A stretch of 64,000 bases of DNA from a candidate division WOR-3 bacterium (lineage in GTDB: Bacteria; Hydrothermota; Tepidihabitantia; Tepidihabitantales; Tepidihabitantaceae), in contig CBFGJX010000010.1 of the NCBI GenBank assembly GCA_965649225.1, positions 21,532 through 85,531 on the forward strand, in the 5' to 3' direction. Shown piece by piece: positions 38,835 through 49,871 of this stretch. A program made the position numbers and the translations under genes. Position 1 is the first letter of the stretch. Each line of letters begins with the position of its first letter. The notes beneath the pieces are model-generated. The model had not been told where the DNA came from, made no database searches, and worked only from the letters and a program-made list of their open reading frames with translations.

Positions 38835-39761
38835 TTATTCTTTCTGTCGCCGGGTTGGGGCAGTCGGCGGTTGCCGGTTGAGCCAGCGGGAAAGAACCTG
38901 CGCAAGCACCGCCTCGCGGCCGAGATAGTTGTGGGGAGCCCCGCGGATGACCGCAGTGGTCACTGAAGGTGAGCCGGCAAGCGCAACCCTGATGGCAGCG
39001 AGGTAGTCTTCGGCTGAACCGACGAATGCTTCTGCGACAGTCCCGCACACCGCCAGCACCGGCACGCGGATGCGGCCGAGCAGTCGGGAACGACTGGGAC
39101 CGGAGCCAGAGAAATTGAACAGGCTGGTGATGGAGTCCGGGCCGAAGGCATCGAGAAAAGTTCCGGCAGAAACCGGGTCAGGAAACAGCCCGGCCGGAAG
39201 CAGGTCACGGTCGCGGCCGGCGGCAACCAGCCGGCGGGCAGCCCGCAGTGCCGCGGGAAAGCGGCGGCCGAGCAGTGTTGGTCCCCAGTTGTGGTCGTCG
39301 GAAGGAGAGAGCAGTACCAGTCCGCGAATGCGTCGGTCGGGACGGGAGAGGCAGTACCAGGCCGCTTTGATTGCGCCATGGCTGTGGCCCTGAATGACCA
39401 CTTCCCGCCAGCCGCGCCGGGCAAGAAAAGTCAGTGCAGCGGCGATATCGGCGATGCTGGCATCGATGGTTTCGTATATCCCGCCGAGCCGGACATAATC
39501 ACGGCTGGCCGGCCGGAGAATGTCGGCGATGTAGTCGTGACCGCGGTTGTTGAAACTGAAGAAGGCGTAACCGGCACGGTTTGCAACCCGGGCGGCAAAC
39601 TCAATGAAGCGGTTCTCGTAGCAGTTGCCGTTCCAGCCGTGGACGTGCAGCAGTGCGCGGGATGTGCGGACACCGGGCTCAAAAAGCAGTCCCTGCAGCT
39701 CAAGGCCGTCGGCAGTGACAAACCGACAATAACGGCAGATTGGTCCGGAGAAAGACGGCAC
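38835..39761 (-). CDS. Alpha/beta hydrolase (DUF1749-like)
   Basis: HVHG, NNRGHD, QGHSHG nucleophile elbow, GAPH. Leaderless TAGGAT-N5-GTG. Confidence 0.85.
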   Translation of the reverse strand: MPSFSGPICRYCRFVTADGLELQGLLFEPGVRTSRALLHVHGWNGNCYENRFIEFAARVANRAGYAFFSFNNRGHDYIADILRPASRDYVRLGGIYETIDASIADIAAALTFLARRGWREVVIQGHSHGAIKAAWYCLSRPDRRIRGLVLLSPSDDHNWGPTLLGRRFPAALRAARRLVAAGRDRDLLPAGLFPDPVSAGTFLDAFGPDSITSLFNFSGSGPSRSRLLGRIRVPVLAVCGTVAEAFVGSAEDYLAAIRVALAGSPSVTTAVIRGAPHNYLGREAVLAQVLSRWLNRQPPTAPTRRQKE

Positions 39762-39843
39762 GGGTAATCCTAGTTCCAAACACGGTATAACGCAACTGCG
39801 GCCGACGGACTTGGCTTGAAGCATGCCGGCGCTATAATCGCCT

Positions 39844-41115
39844 ATCGTTGTCATCGTCGGCCGGCCCAATACCGGCAAGTCCACTCTTTTTAACCGCGTA
39901 GTCGGCGGCCGGGTGGCAATCACGCTCAAAGAACCCGGGATTACCCGCGACCGAATCGTGCGCGAAGCAGAGTGGCTGGGGCGTCGGTTTACCATTGTCG
40001 ATACCGGCGGGCTTGTCCCGGATTCACGGGAGGCCATCAACCGGGAGGTGGAGCGACAGGTCGGCATCGCGCTCGAGCAGGCAGCGGTAGTGATACTGGT
40101 GACTGACGGCGCGGCCGGGGTGTTGCCAATGGATGAAGAGATTGCCGCACGACTGCGGCGGCGGGGGCAGCCGTTTCTTGTGGCGGTAAACAAGTGCGAC
40201 CTGAAACGGCAGTTCGACAGTGCCGATTTCTGGCGGCTGGGCGGTGAGGCGTTGTTCGCGATTGCCGCCGAGCATGGTACCGGGGTTGATGAACTGCTGG
40301 ATGCGGTGGTGCAGCGTCTACCGACGGGGCGGTCGGCCCGACCGGACAAGGCGCTGGCGATGGCCATTCTCGGTCGGCCCAATGTCGGCAAGTCGTCGCT
40401 TCTGAACCGGCTGGTCGGAAGCGAACGGGCGATAGTCACGCCCGAGCCGGGGACAACCCGCGATGTGGTCGAGTCCTGCTGCACGGTTGACGGGCGTACC
40501 TGGCGGCTGCTGGACACCGCCGGCATCCGTCGGCGCAGCCGGGTCGAGGCACCGGTTGAGTACTACTCGGTAAGCCGGGCAATTGACCAGATTGAACGCT
40601 GTGATGTGGCGCTGGTGATGTTCGATGTCACCGATGGGCCGAACGCCCAGGACAAGCGGATAATCCGGCTGGTGGCCGACCGCAATCGCGGACTGGTAAT
40701 CATGGCCAACAAGACCGACCTGGTGGCGCCTGAACTGAAAGAGCGGGTACGGGAGTGGGTGGGGCGGCAGCTGGCTTTCGTTGATTACGCACCAGTGGTC
40801 TTTGCTTCAGTGCTGCAGAATCGCAATGTCAATCTGGCCCTGAAACGGGCGGCGGCGGTGTGGACCGCTGGCGCCCGGCAGATTCCCAGTGCGGTGTTGC
40901 GGGCGCGGGTGCTGGAGCGGCTGCAGGACAGTCCGCCGGCCCACGATTGCCGATTGCTCGGACTGGCGCAGGTCGGTACCCGGCCACCGCGATTCCGGCT
41001 GCGTCTCAGCCGGCCCGAGGCGATGACACCGGCATACGAACGACGGATTGTGGCGCTGCTGCGGCAGCTGGAACCGTTCACGGGTTATCCAGTGCGGCTG
41101 CGGGTGGTGTCTTAG
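39844..41115 (+). CDS. der: Ribosome biogenesis GTPase Der (EngA); start codon is non-standard or uncertain
   Basis: Two G domains (GRPNTGKST / DTGG / NKCD and GRPNVGKSS / DTAG / NKTD). The first P-loop lies upstream of the ORF-track start at 39913. Confidence 0.93.
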   Translation: MVVIVGRPNTGKSTLFNRVVGGRVAITLKEPGITRDRIVREAEWLGRRFTIVDTGGLVPDSREAINREVERQVGIALEQAAVVILVTDGAAGVLPMDEEIAARLRRRGQPFLVAVNKCDLKRQFDSADFWRLGGEALFAIAAEHGTGVDELLDAVVQRLPTGRSARPDKALAMAILGRPNVGKSSLLNRLVGSERAIVTPEPGTTRDVVESCCTVDGRTWRLLDTAGIRRRSRVEAPVEYYSVSRAIDQIERCDVALVMFDVTDGPNAQDKRIIRLVADRNRGLVIMANKTDLVAPELKERVREWVGRQLAFVDYAPVVFASVLQNRNVNLALKRAAAVWTAGARQIPSAVLRARVLERLQDSPPAHDCRLLGLAQVGTRPPRFRLRLSRPEAMTPAYERRIVALLRQLEPFTGYPVRLRVVS

Positions 41116-41116
41116 G

Positions 41117-42238
41117 ATGCGGCGCTGGCTGGTTGCTGCCGGGGTCGTGCTGCTGGTAATGATTCTGGCCGGCTGGTGGCTGTTCTGGCCGCACCGGCCG
41201 GCAGCGTCCGCCGGCACGCCGGCAAGGCCGGAGGGGGAGCTGAACGTGCTGGTCATTGGCAGCGATGCCCGAGCGGTGGGGCCGGTGCGGGACGAGGGGA
41301 TTCGACGCAACCGGCGCGAGGAGCGTTCGCACTCTGATATCATTATCGTCTGCCACATCAGCTATGACCGGCCGGCATTGAATTTGGTCGGAATCCCGCG
41401 CGACCTGCTGGTTGAGGTGCCGGGAATTACCCGGGCGGAGTCACCGACCGATTTCCCGCGGATGGAGAAAATTACCCATGTGCTGGCAATTGGTGGCGAG
41501 CCGCTGTTGCGCCGGACGGTCGAACACCTGCTCGGCATCAGAATCCACCGGTTCATTGCTTTTGATTTCGACAGTTTTCGGATGACCATCGGCCTGCTGC
41601 GGCCGTTTCTGGGAGTGCTGCGTATTGGTGGCGAGGCGGTAAAAAATCGCGACCATGCGCTGTGGCTCGCCCGGCGCCGCCACGGTCTGCAGTTTGACGA
41701 TGCCGACCGGTGCCGGAATGCGGTGGGGCTGGTGCGGACAGTGATTGCCCGCGGCTGGTATCTTGGCCGCAGCCGGTTCGGTCGCCAAATCATCCGGCGG
41801 GTGCTGCAGATTGTCGGTGAAGACACCGATTTGACCGTTGACGAGATTGTCACTGCTATTGATGGTCTGAGCCGGGCCGGGATGGTGCCGGGCCGGATTC
41901 AGACCGCGGTACTGGTAGCCGAGGGACGGGATGTGCTGCTGGAGCGCTACAATCAGCGCCTTTCCTGCTATCTGCCGGTTTACCGGGAAATTGAGCGGCA
42001 GGTACGGCGGTTTCTTTTTGACGAAGACAGTGTGCCGGCGCTGGATTTCATGACCCAGCAGGCTTTTGCCCTGCCGGCCTATTTTGCCCGCGACTACAGC
42101 GGCGGCGCGACCGACAGCGGCGCCATGCCGCCGCCGTTTGACACGATCGGGCTGGACAGTTCTCGTCGCGTCACTTTGACCCGGGAGCTTCAGGAACTGC
42201 AGTCTGAGACCGCCGGCGTCGACACCGGTCGCCGTTAG
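41117..42238 (+). CDS. LCP (LytR-CpsA-Psr) family protein
   Basis: N-terminal TM, NVLVIGSD, HSD.I, IPRD, KI, R.R...DD..R. Confidence 0.85.
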   Translation: MRRWLVAAGVVLLVMILAGWWLFWPHRPAASAGTPARPEGELNVLVIGSDARAVGPVRDEGIRRNRREERSHSDIIIVCHISYDRPALNLVGIPRDLLVEVPGITRAESPTDFPRMEKITHVLAIGGEPLLRRTVEHLLGIRIHRFIAFDFDSFRMTIGLLRPFLGVLRIGGEAVKNRDHALWLARRRHGLQFDDADRCRNAVGLVRTVIARGWYLGRSRFGRQIIRRVLQIVGEDTDLTVDEIVTAIDGLSRAGMVPGRIQTAVLVAEGRDVLLERYNQRLSCYLPVYREIERQVRRFLFDEDSVPALDFMTQQAFALPAYFARDYSGGATDSGAMPPPFDTIGLDSSRRVTLTRELQELQSETAGVDTGRR

Positions 42239-44817
42239 GCTGTAGCCGCCGGGTTACTGCTCAGCGCAGTTCGGAATGCAGCTTCAGCCTCCACAATTAG
42301 GTCGGCCCGCCCGCCGCCTTCGGCAATGTCGGCCCGCCCGCCGCCGCCACCAGCCAAAGCACTGCCGACCGTGCGTGCCAGCCGGCCGGCCGGCAGCTTT
42401 TCTTTCAGGTCCGAGGACACGAACACCACGTAGCGTACCCGGCCTTCGCTCGGTGCACCGGTGAGCAGTCCGGCGTGGGGAACCGGCAGCAGTTCGCGCA
42501 GCCGGTCAACCACCAGCCGGAGGTCATCGGCCTCAAAATCGGGCAGCCGGGCAATAACGGTGGTGATGTTGCCGTGGGTTTCGGTCCGGGCGGCCAGGTC
42601 AACTGCGGTGGTGCGTGCCGTTGCCGCGGTCAGCGCCCGCAGCCGCACTTGCAGTCGCTTGATTTCTTCGGTCAGGACTTCGACCTTTTTCGTCAGCGTT
42701 TCGTCGGTGCCGCCCAGCCGGTCACGCAGGTCGCTGACGATGCTGCGGTCGCGGGCCGCGCGCTCAAAAGCCGCCTTTCCGGCCAGTGCTTCAATCCGGC
42801 GGATGCCGGCGGCAACGCCGGTTTCGGCGACGATACGAAACAGACCGATTTCGCCGGTCGAGCGCAGATGGGTACCGCCGCAGAGCTCTTTCGAAAAGTC
42901 ACCGATGCTGACGACGGTAACCCGTTCGCCGTAGGTATCGCCAAAAAATGCCAGTGCGCCTTCGGCCCGGGCCTGTTCGAGCGACTTTTCGGTGCGCTGG
43001 AGGGGAATGTCGGCGATGATGACGTCATAGACCAGCCGTTCGACCGCCGCGAGCTGTTCGGGCCGCAGCGGCTCGAAGGCCGAGAAATCGAACCGCAACC
43101 GGCCCGGCTCGACCAGCGAGCCTTCCTGCTTGACGTAGTCCCCGACGATGCGGCGCAGTGCCGAATGAAGAAGGTGAGTAGCAGTGTGGGCGCGTTCGAT
43201 TTCGCGCCGGCGTTCGACGTCGACCTCGGCAACTACCGGGCCGGGCACGGGTGTGCCAGTCTTTGCCCTGGCCTTGCAGACGCGGACGCCGTGTTCGACC
43301 ACCGTGTCGAAGACTTCCAGTTCGAAGCCGTCGCCGGTGATGCGACCAGTGTCACCAACCTGGCCGCCCATCTCGCCGTAGAACGGGGTTTCTTGGAGAA
43401 TGACATTGTAACTGCCGTCGGGGTTGGCCTGGAGTGAGGTAATCGCGGTTTCAGTTCGCAGGGTCTGGTGGGCAATGAATGCCTGCGGTGTCAGGTCGGC
43501 GGCAACTGTCGCGCCGGGTGCGAAAACGGTTGTCCGCCGGCTGCGGGCACGCTGTTCGGCCATTGCCCGTTCGAAACCTTCGATGTCCAGTTCGATACCG
43601 GCTTCAGCCGCCAGTTCACGCACCAGCTCGATATGGAAGCCAAAGGTATCGTGGAGCCGGAACAGTTCTTCGCCCGGCACCAGCCCGGAGCGGCGGTAAC
43701 GTTCCACTGCTTCATCCCAGCGTTCGAGCCCGGCCGCCAGGGTACGCAGAAAACGTTCTTCCTCAGACTTGATTATCAAGGCGGCCTGCTCGCGCTTCTG
43801 AGGCAGTTCAGGGTACCACTGCTCCATCAGCGCGGTCACCTCGCCGGCAGCTTCGTAGAGAAACGGCCGCTCGATTCCGGCGCGGTGGGCAAACAGCAGT
43901 GCCCGGCGCAGAATATTGCGCAGGACATAACCGCGGGCTTCGTTGGAGGGCACGGCACCATCGGCGATGGCGAAGGTCAGGGCCCGGGCGTGATCGGCGG
44001 CCACCCGAAGCATGGTACGGGTGGCGTCGTTTACCTCGATGCCGAGGGTGCGGGCGATCGAGCGAATCAGCGGTGCGAAGAGGTCGGTTTCAAAGATCGT
44101 CCGCTTGCCCTGCGCCACCATCGCCAGCCGTTCCAGTCCCATGCCGGTATCGATGCCCCGGTTTTTCAACGGTTCGCGGGTGCCGTCAGGAAGCTGGTTG
44201 TACTGGGGGAAAACGATATTGTAGACTTCGGAGAAACGGTCGCAGTCGCAGCCCGGGGCGCAGGTTGGGCTGCCGCAGCCGAATTCGGGGCCGAGGTCAA
44301 CATAGATTTCCGAACACGGGCCACAGGCGCCGCCGCCGCCGACCGGCCCCCAGAAGTTGTCTTTTTCGCCAAGCCGGACGATGCGCCCGGCGGGCAGGCC
44401 GACTTTCAGCCGCCAGATGTTGTAGGCTTCGTCGTCCTGCTCGAATACCGAAGCATAAAGCCGCGACTTGTCCAGCCTGACCACCTCGGTGAGGTACTCC
44501 CAGGCCCATGGTATTGCCTCGTGTTTGAAGTAGTCACCGAAAGAGAAGTTGCCCAGCATTTCGAAGAACGTGCAGTGGCGCGGGGTTCGGCCGACCCGGT
44601 CAAGGTCCGAAGCCCGCAGGCACTTCTGGATTGAGCAGGCACGGCGATAGGGCAGCTCGACAGTACCGGCCCAGAGCGGCTTGAACTGCACCATGCCGGC
44701 GCTGGTGAAAAGCATTGTCGGGTCTTCCCGGGGAATGAGCGACATGCTGGCGACGACCTTGTGGTCGCGGCGGGCATAAAATTCAAGAAAGGTCCGCCTC
44801 AACTCGCGGTGATTCAT
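42235..44817 (-). CDS. alaS: Alanine--tRNA ligase
   Basis: FTSAGM, HCTFFEMLGNFSFGDYFK, DTGMGLER, HTATH, ELCGGTH, GIRRIEA, GGGG. Confidence 0.98.
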   Translation of the reverse strand: MNHRELRRTFLEFYARRDHKVVASMSLIPREDPTMLFTSAGMVQFKPLWAGTVELPYRRACSIQKCLRASDLDRVGRTPRHCTFFEMLGNFSFGDYFKHEAIPWAWEYLTEVVRLDKSRLYASVFEQDDEAYNIWRLKVGLPAGRIVRLGEKDNFWGPVGGGGACGPCSEIYVDLGPEFGCGSPTCAPGCDCDRFSEVYNIVFPQYNQLPDGTREPLKNRGIDTGMGLERLAMVAQGKRTIFETDLFAPLIRSIARTLGIEVNDATRTMLRVAADHARALTFAIADGAVPSNEARGYVLRNILRRALLFAHRAGIERPFLYEAAGEVTALMEQWYPELPQKREQAALIIKSEEERFLRTLAAGLERWDEAVERYRRSGLVPGEELFRLHDTFGFHIELVRELAAEAGIELDIEGFERAMAEQRARSRRTTVFAPGATVAADLTPQAFIAHQTLRTETAITSLQANPDGSYNVILQETPFYGEMGGQVGDTGRITGDGFELEVFDTVVEHGVRVCKARAKTGTPVPGPVVAEVDVERRREIERAHTATHLLHSALRRIVGDYVKQEGSLVEPGRLRFDFSAFEPLRPEQLAAVERLVYDVIIADIPLQRTEKSLEQARAEGALAFFGDTYGERVTVVSIGDFSKELCGGTHLRSTGEIGLFRIVAETGVAAGIRRIEALAGKAAFERAARDRSIVSDLRDRLGGTDETLTKKVEVLTEEIKRLQVRLRALTAATARTTAVDLAARTETHGNITTVIARLPDFEADDLRLVVDRLRELLPVPHAGLLTGAPSEGRVRYVVFVSSDLKEKLPAGRLARTVGSALAGGGGGRADIAEGGGRADLIVEAEAAFRTALSSNPAATA

Positions 44818-44910
44818 GCCGGCTATTTTAGTCGGAAACCCGGCGCTGACAAGTCAGCGGGGGCGACGGCCTCCGACTGCAGCGTTGCCAGTAGCAGCGG
44901 GCGACCGGCG

Positions 44911-45702
44911 CTAACGCCCGACGGCGATCCGGCCGCGGCAGTTGCCCAGCTGATAGACATACACGCCGGCCGGCACCGGTCGGCCGTCATCGGTGCAGCA
45001 GTCCCAGGTAACGCTGCCCGCTGCCGGCAACCGGCGAACAATCCGGCCGGCGGCATCGATTATTTCGACGGTACCGGCCGGACCGGCAGGCAGCCGGAGC
45101 ATCACCTGACGGACGGTCGGGCTGGGGACGGCGTTGTTCTGCTCCAGCTGGGCCGGTTCGGGTTGTTCGGCGACCTCGGCGCCGTCCCAGCCGTAAACTT
45201 CCAGGGTTCGGCTCGGCGAGCCGGTGACAAGAAGGATTTCGCTCTTGCCATCGCCGTCAACGTCGGCAACCGAAAGCGAAGGGTAGCCGGAGCGCTGGGG
45301 GCTGGAGTATTCGAGGCTGCGGCTGGCACAGTCGTAGATGAAGAATCGGCCGCTGTAGTTCGGATAGCTGTAGTTGTAGCCGAGCAGTACCAGTTCGCGG
45401 GCCGGGTCACCGTCGGTATTGGTGATGTAGGGGAAACCGATGGTGCCGAAGCCGCTGGCGGTGATTGTCCACACCGGTCCGCGCGTCACTCCGCTGAAGA
45501 TGCGCAGCGCGCCGCTGTCACTGATGAAGATGTCGGGGATGCCGTCACCGGTAGCGTCGTAGTGGACGGTGGTGTCGGAACTGTAAACAGTCGCATAGGA
45601 ATAGCCGACGTTGCTTGAGGACCATTCGATAATGTAGCCGGCGTGGCCGACGGCGGCAATCAGGGCAAGGGTCAGCAAAATCCGGGCTGGATGCAAGGGC
45701 AA
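44911..45702 (-). CDS. Secreted FG-GAP-repeat protein with FlgD-Ig/T9SS-like CTD
   Basis: Signal peptide; D.TGDGIPD, NTDGD..RE, DVDGDGKSE; IIDAAGRIVR...WD...GVY. Confidence 0.8.
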   Translation of the reverse strand: MPLHPARILLTLALIAAVGHAGYIIEWSSSNVGYSYATVYSSDTTVHYDATGDGIPDIFISDSGALRIFSGVTRGPVWTITASGFGTIGFPYITNTDGDPARELVLLGYNYSYPNYSGRFFIYDCASRSLEYSSPQRSGYPSLSVADVDGDGKSEILLVTGSPSRTLEVYGWDGAEVAEQPEPAQLEQNNAVPSPTVRQVMLRLPAGPAGTVEIIDAAGRIVRRLPAAGSVTWDCCTDDGRPVPAGVYVYQLGNCRGRIAVGR

Positions 45703-46341
45703 TTTTCCTCCTTGGGTTGAGACGGAGTTCTTACGAGGCGGCGGACCGGGGCGAGCGGTCAGTCATCCTCCTCGGGCTGGTCGATGACACTGCTGATCGT
45801 GTCCGGCGAAAAGCCGCGCCGGGCCAGGAAGCCGTACAGCCGGCGCCGGAGCACGGCCGGTTCGAGCCGCTGGTTGCGACGGCAGAACTGCCGGGCAGCG
45901 GCCCGGGCCGCAGTCAGTTCATCGGGCGCTTCGGCAAGCGCCTGTTCAATCTGTTCCCGGCTGACACCCCGCCGGGTCAGTTCGGCCCGCACCCGCCATT
46001 TACCCTTCCGCCCAAGGCGGATGCGGTCTTCGGCGAAGCGTCGGGCGAACTGTTCATCGTTGACCAGGTTGAGTTCGGCCAACCGGCGGAGGGTTGAGTC
46101 AATCGCAGCGGGACTGAAGCCTTTGCTGGCGAGCCGGGTCCTCAGTTCCGCGACCGTGCGGGCTTTGTAGGACAGCAGTAACAGCGCATAGTCACGGGCC
46201 CGCAGCGATTCGTCGGCACGGCAAATCCGGTCAAATTCTTCCCGGTCGATTTCCATTCCCTCGGCCAGCCCGAGCGCCTGGACGGTTTCCAGGGTCAGGC
46301 TGCGGGCAAAGCCACCGTCGAGATAGACCGATATCCGGTGG

Positions 46342-47394
<1,053 letters not shown>

Positions 47395-47445
47395 GATGCC
47401 TCCGCCTTTGGCGTCTCTGGCGCTGAGTATAAGACCGGCGGCAGG

Positions 47446-47865
47446 CTAGTCAATCGGAGGCTGGCGGGCGAGAAGCACCGCCCGCTTTTCCAAGTCATAG
47501 AGCCGGAAGCGCACAGACTTGAACTCGGCGGCAAGCGCGGGCCGGTCGAGTTTGAGAACTTCTTCCAGAGTCCGCGCCGCTTCCTGGCAGCGCTTGAAAC
47601 CGGCGGCCAGGACATCTTCCAGTGTGGCGCGGCGACACTGGTCAAAGCCGGCCGGCCGGCCCGGGTCGGTTTCGCTGGCACGGTGGGCAATGACTGCCCG
47701 GCGGAGTGAGCGTGTCCGGTTGTTGATTCGATGGCGCAGCGCCCGCACCGATTCGAGCAGGCGCCGGTCAGTCAGCGCCAGCCGGACAATGTCCTCGACT
47801 ACCCGCAGTCCTTCGGTAAGCCGGTTGAGGTTTACGTCAATGATGCGCGCGGCACGGGGGTCCAT
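47446..47865 (-). CDS. Stand-alone ThiD2-like helical domain (as found N-terminal in some ThiE proteins)
   Basis: RIIDVNLNRLTEGLRVVED...R.QEA.R.LEE...RF.LY.LEK. Confidence 0.8.
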   Translation of the reverse strand: MDPRAARIIDVNLNRLTEGLRVVEDIVRLALTDRRLLESVRALRHRINNRTRSLRRAVIAHRASETDPGRPAGFDQCRRATLEDVLAAGFKRCQEAARTLEEVLKLDRPALAAEFKSVRFRLYDLEKRAVLLARQPPID

Positions 47866-47945
47866 TGCCCACAGTCTAGGTACGCCGCACGCAGAATCAA
47901 CCGGCTGCTGCCGGACAGAGCAGACGGGCAGTTACCGGCCGGTGG

Positions 47946-48116
47946 CTACTTCTTCGGTTTCTTGGCGGACTTTGCGGCCGGCTTGCGGACCGCCTTTTTC
48001 TTCATCGGCTCGCCACAGCAGATCAGCTCGTGGGCCGAGCAGCCGCATTCGTCGCAGACCACAACCGCGAGACCGCATGAACCACAGACCAGCTGGTCAC
48101 CTTTTTTGGCTTTCAT
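47946..48116 (-). CDS. 56-aa desulforedoxin-like Cys-rich protein with a Lys-rich tail
   Basis: Below the ORF-track cutoff. RBS AAGGAG; MKAKKGDQLVCGSCGLAVVVCDECGCSAHELICCGEPMKKKAVRKPAAKSAKKPKK. Confidence 0.85.
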   Translation of the reverse strand: MKAKKGDQLVCGSCGLAVVVCDECGCSAHELICCGEPMKKKAVRKPAAKSAKKPKK

Positions 48117-48165
48117 GTTTGTGCTCCTTTCGAGTCTTGGACCACATTACCACTCCGTCGGTGCT

Positions 48166-49014
48166 TCAGGGCAACGAGGCCCAGATGTCCAGGCCGAGCG
48201 TAAATGCCGGCAGGCTGCCGCCCTTTGACAGCATCGTCAGGGGGAGACCGGCTTTGGGCCGGACGACGAGGAAGCGCAGCGGCCGGGTGAGCAGCAGCAC
48301 TGAAGCATAGTGCTGCTGGATGGCAGTATTGGCCACCGGTGTGCCGTTGACTTTCTGTGCCGCGCGCCGGGAGCCGGATAGTGCCAGTTCGGGAACAACC
48401 GTCCGCCGCCGACCGAGCGCGAGGTCAAATACCGCAACGTATTCCAGCAGGTTGCCGGGCCGGGTGGTGTCGTTCTTTTCACCGCTGAGCCAGTAGCCGG
48501 CACGGCCGTGGACCGCGAACGGGCCGGGCGGGGTGGCAAGCAGGGTCAGCCCGGCACCGAGGTCAAAAGTATGGTCATCCAGCGCCAGCGGTGAACTGAG
48601 GTCGGAAGCGGGCAGATTTGCCGCCAGCGCAATTGTGGCCCGCAGCGGAACAAGGCGCGGAATGGGCAGGCCGTGCCGGAGCAGGATCGTGACATCGCCG
48701 ATGCCGCGGGAGCGGACCGAGTCGTTGGTCTTGACCCAAGCCGGTACAATTACATTCAGCTCATTGCGTCCGGGCAGTCCGACCGCGCCCCACAGTTCGG
48801 CACCCCAGGTTGTCACCGGCCGGGTACTGCCCAGCGGCTCGTATTCACCGCTGGTCCAGTTGTATTTTTTTGCCAGCCGGTTGTAGCCGGCGTTTACCCA
48901 GACGAATGCCTGAAACGGTTTGCTCACCGGCGCCGCCCGGCCGATGAGCGGAGTTGCCGCGGCGCTGCCGGCGGCGATAACGACGATGCTCAGGGCAATG
49001 ATAATCCGCGTCAA
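48166..49014 (-). CDS. Probable outer-membrane beta-barrel protein
   Basis: Signal peptide, GIGD motif, alternating beta-strand pattern. TTG start after GGAGG. Confidence 0.6.
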   Translation of the reverse strand: MTRIIIALSIVVIAAGSAAATPLIGRAAPVSKPFQAFVWVNAGYNRLAKKYNWTSGEYEPLGSTRPVTTWGAELWGAVGLPGRNELNVIVPAWVKTNDSVRSRGIGDVTILLRHGLPIPRLVPLRATIALAANLPASDLSSPLALDDHTFDLGAGLTLLATPPGPFAVHGRAGYWLSGEKNDTTRPGNLLEYVAVFDLALGRRRTVVPELALSGSRRAAQKVNGTPVANTAIQQHYASVLLLTRPLRFLVVRPKAGLPLTMLSKGGSLPAFTLGLDIWASLP

Positions 49015-49145
49015 GTACTGCCTCCATGCCGGTCGGTTATGTTTATCGGGGAAGCATAACTTTGCCATTGTGTCGGTCAAGAGCAGAGTCGGCCGGGCCG
49101 GTCTGTTGCGTTGACACTGACCACCGCAATCCTATACTGGCGCTG

Positions 49146-49868
49146 ATGAAGCGCACAGGAATTTTTTTCGGTCTGGTGCTGCTTTTGGCGCTGGCGGGCA
49201 AGGTGGTCGCTGCCGAGTCCGGGCCTGAGGGCTGGCTGATTCCTTTCGCGTTCGGCTGGCGGCCGCCGGTGGCGGGTTTCAACGCCGTTTTCCGCAACAA
49301 TGCGGTGCCGGAAAGCCGGCAGAATCATTTCGGCTGGGGCGTCGAGCTGCGTTCGCTGGTCGGGGGCGGAATGCTGGCCGGACCGATGTATTTCAACACC
49401 ACCGACGAGGTCGGTAACGACAGTTTCCAGCTGCGGGTGAACTCTACCGGTGTTTTCGGCGAAATCGCTTACCGGCTGGAGATTGCGCGGATGATTCTGG
49501 TGGTGCCGATGGTCGGGGTTGGCGGCATCGGTCAGAAGTACCATCTGCGCCGGCGGGTGGGTGAGCGGACACTGGAAGAACTGTTGCAGAGCCGGGAATC
49601 GCAGGTGGATATCAACAGCGCAATGAAGCTGGCCGGGATGGCGGCACTGGAGCTGGGACTGGCGGCCAATACCCGGGCAGGCCGGTTCGGGGTTGCCCTG
49701 CGCGGTGGCTATCTTTATTCGCCGTTCGATCCGGACTGGCGCAGCGGTACCGGCGAGCGGATTCGGAACACGCCGGCCGGGACACTGCGCGGGCCGTTTG
49801 TTTCGGTCGGGCTGCTGCTTTTGCCGGCGGCGGAGGTGAGTGCGACACCCGCCCTGCCGCAGCACTGA
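49146..49868 (+). CDS. Hypothetical secreted / outer-membrane beta-barrel protein
   Basis: Signal peptide, amphipathic strands. TTGACA-N16-TATACT-N7-ATG. Confidence 0.65.
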   Translation: MKRTGIFFGLVLLLALAGKVVAAESGPEGWLIPFAFGWRPPVAGFNAVFRNNAVPESRQNHFGWGVELRSLVGGGMLAGPMYFNTTDEVGNDSFQLRVNSTGVFGEIAYRLEIARMILVVPMVGVGGIGQKYHLRRRVGERTLEELLQSRESQVDINSAMKLAGMAALELGLAANTRAGRFGVALRGGYLYSPFDPDWRSGTGERIRNTPAGTLRGPFVSVGLLLLPAAEVSATPALPQH

Positions 49869-49871
49869 GGG

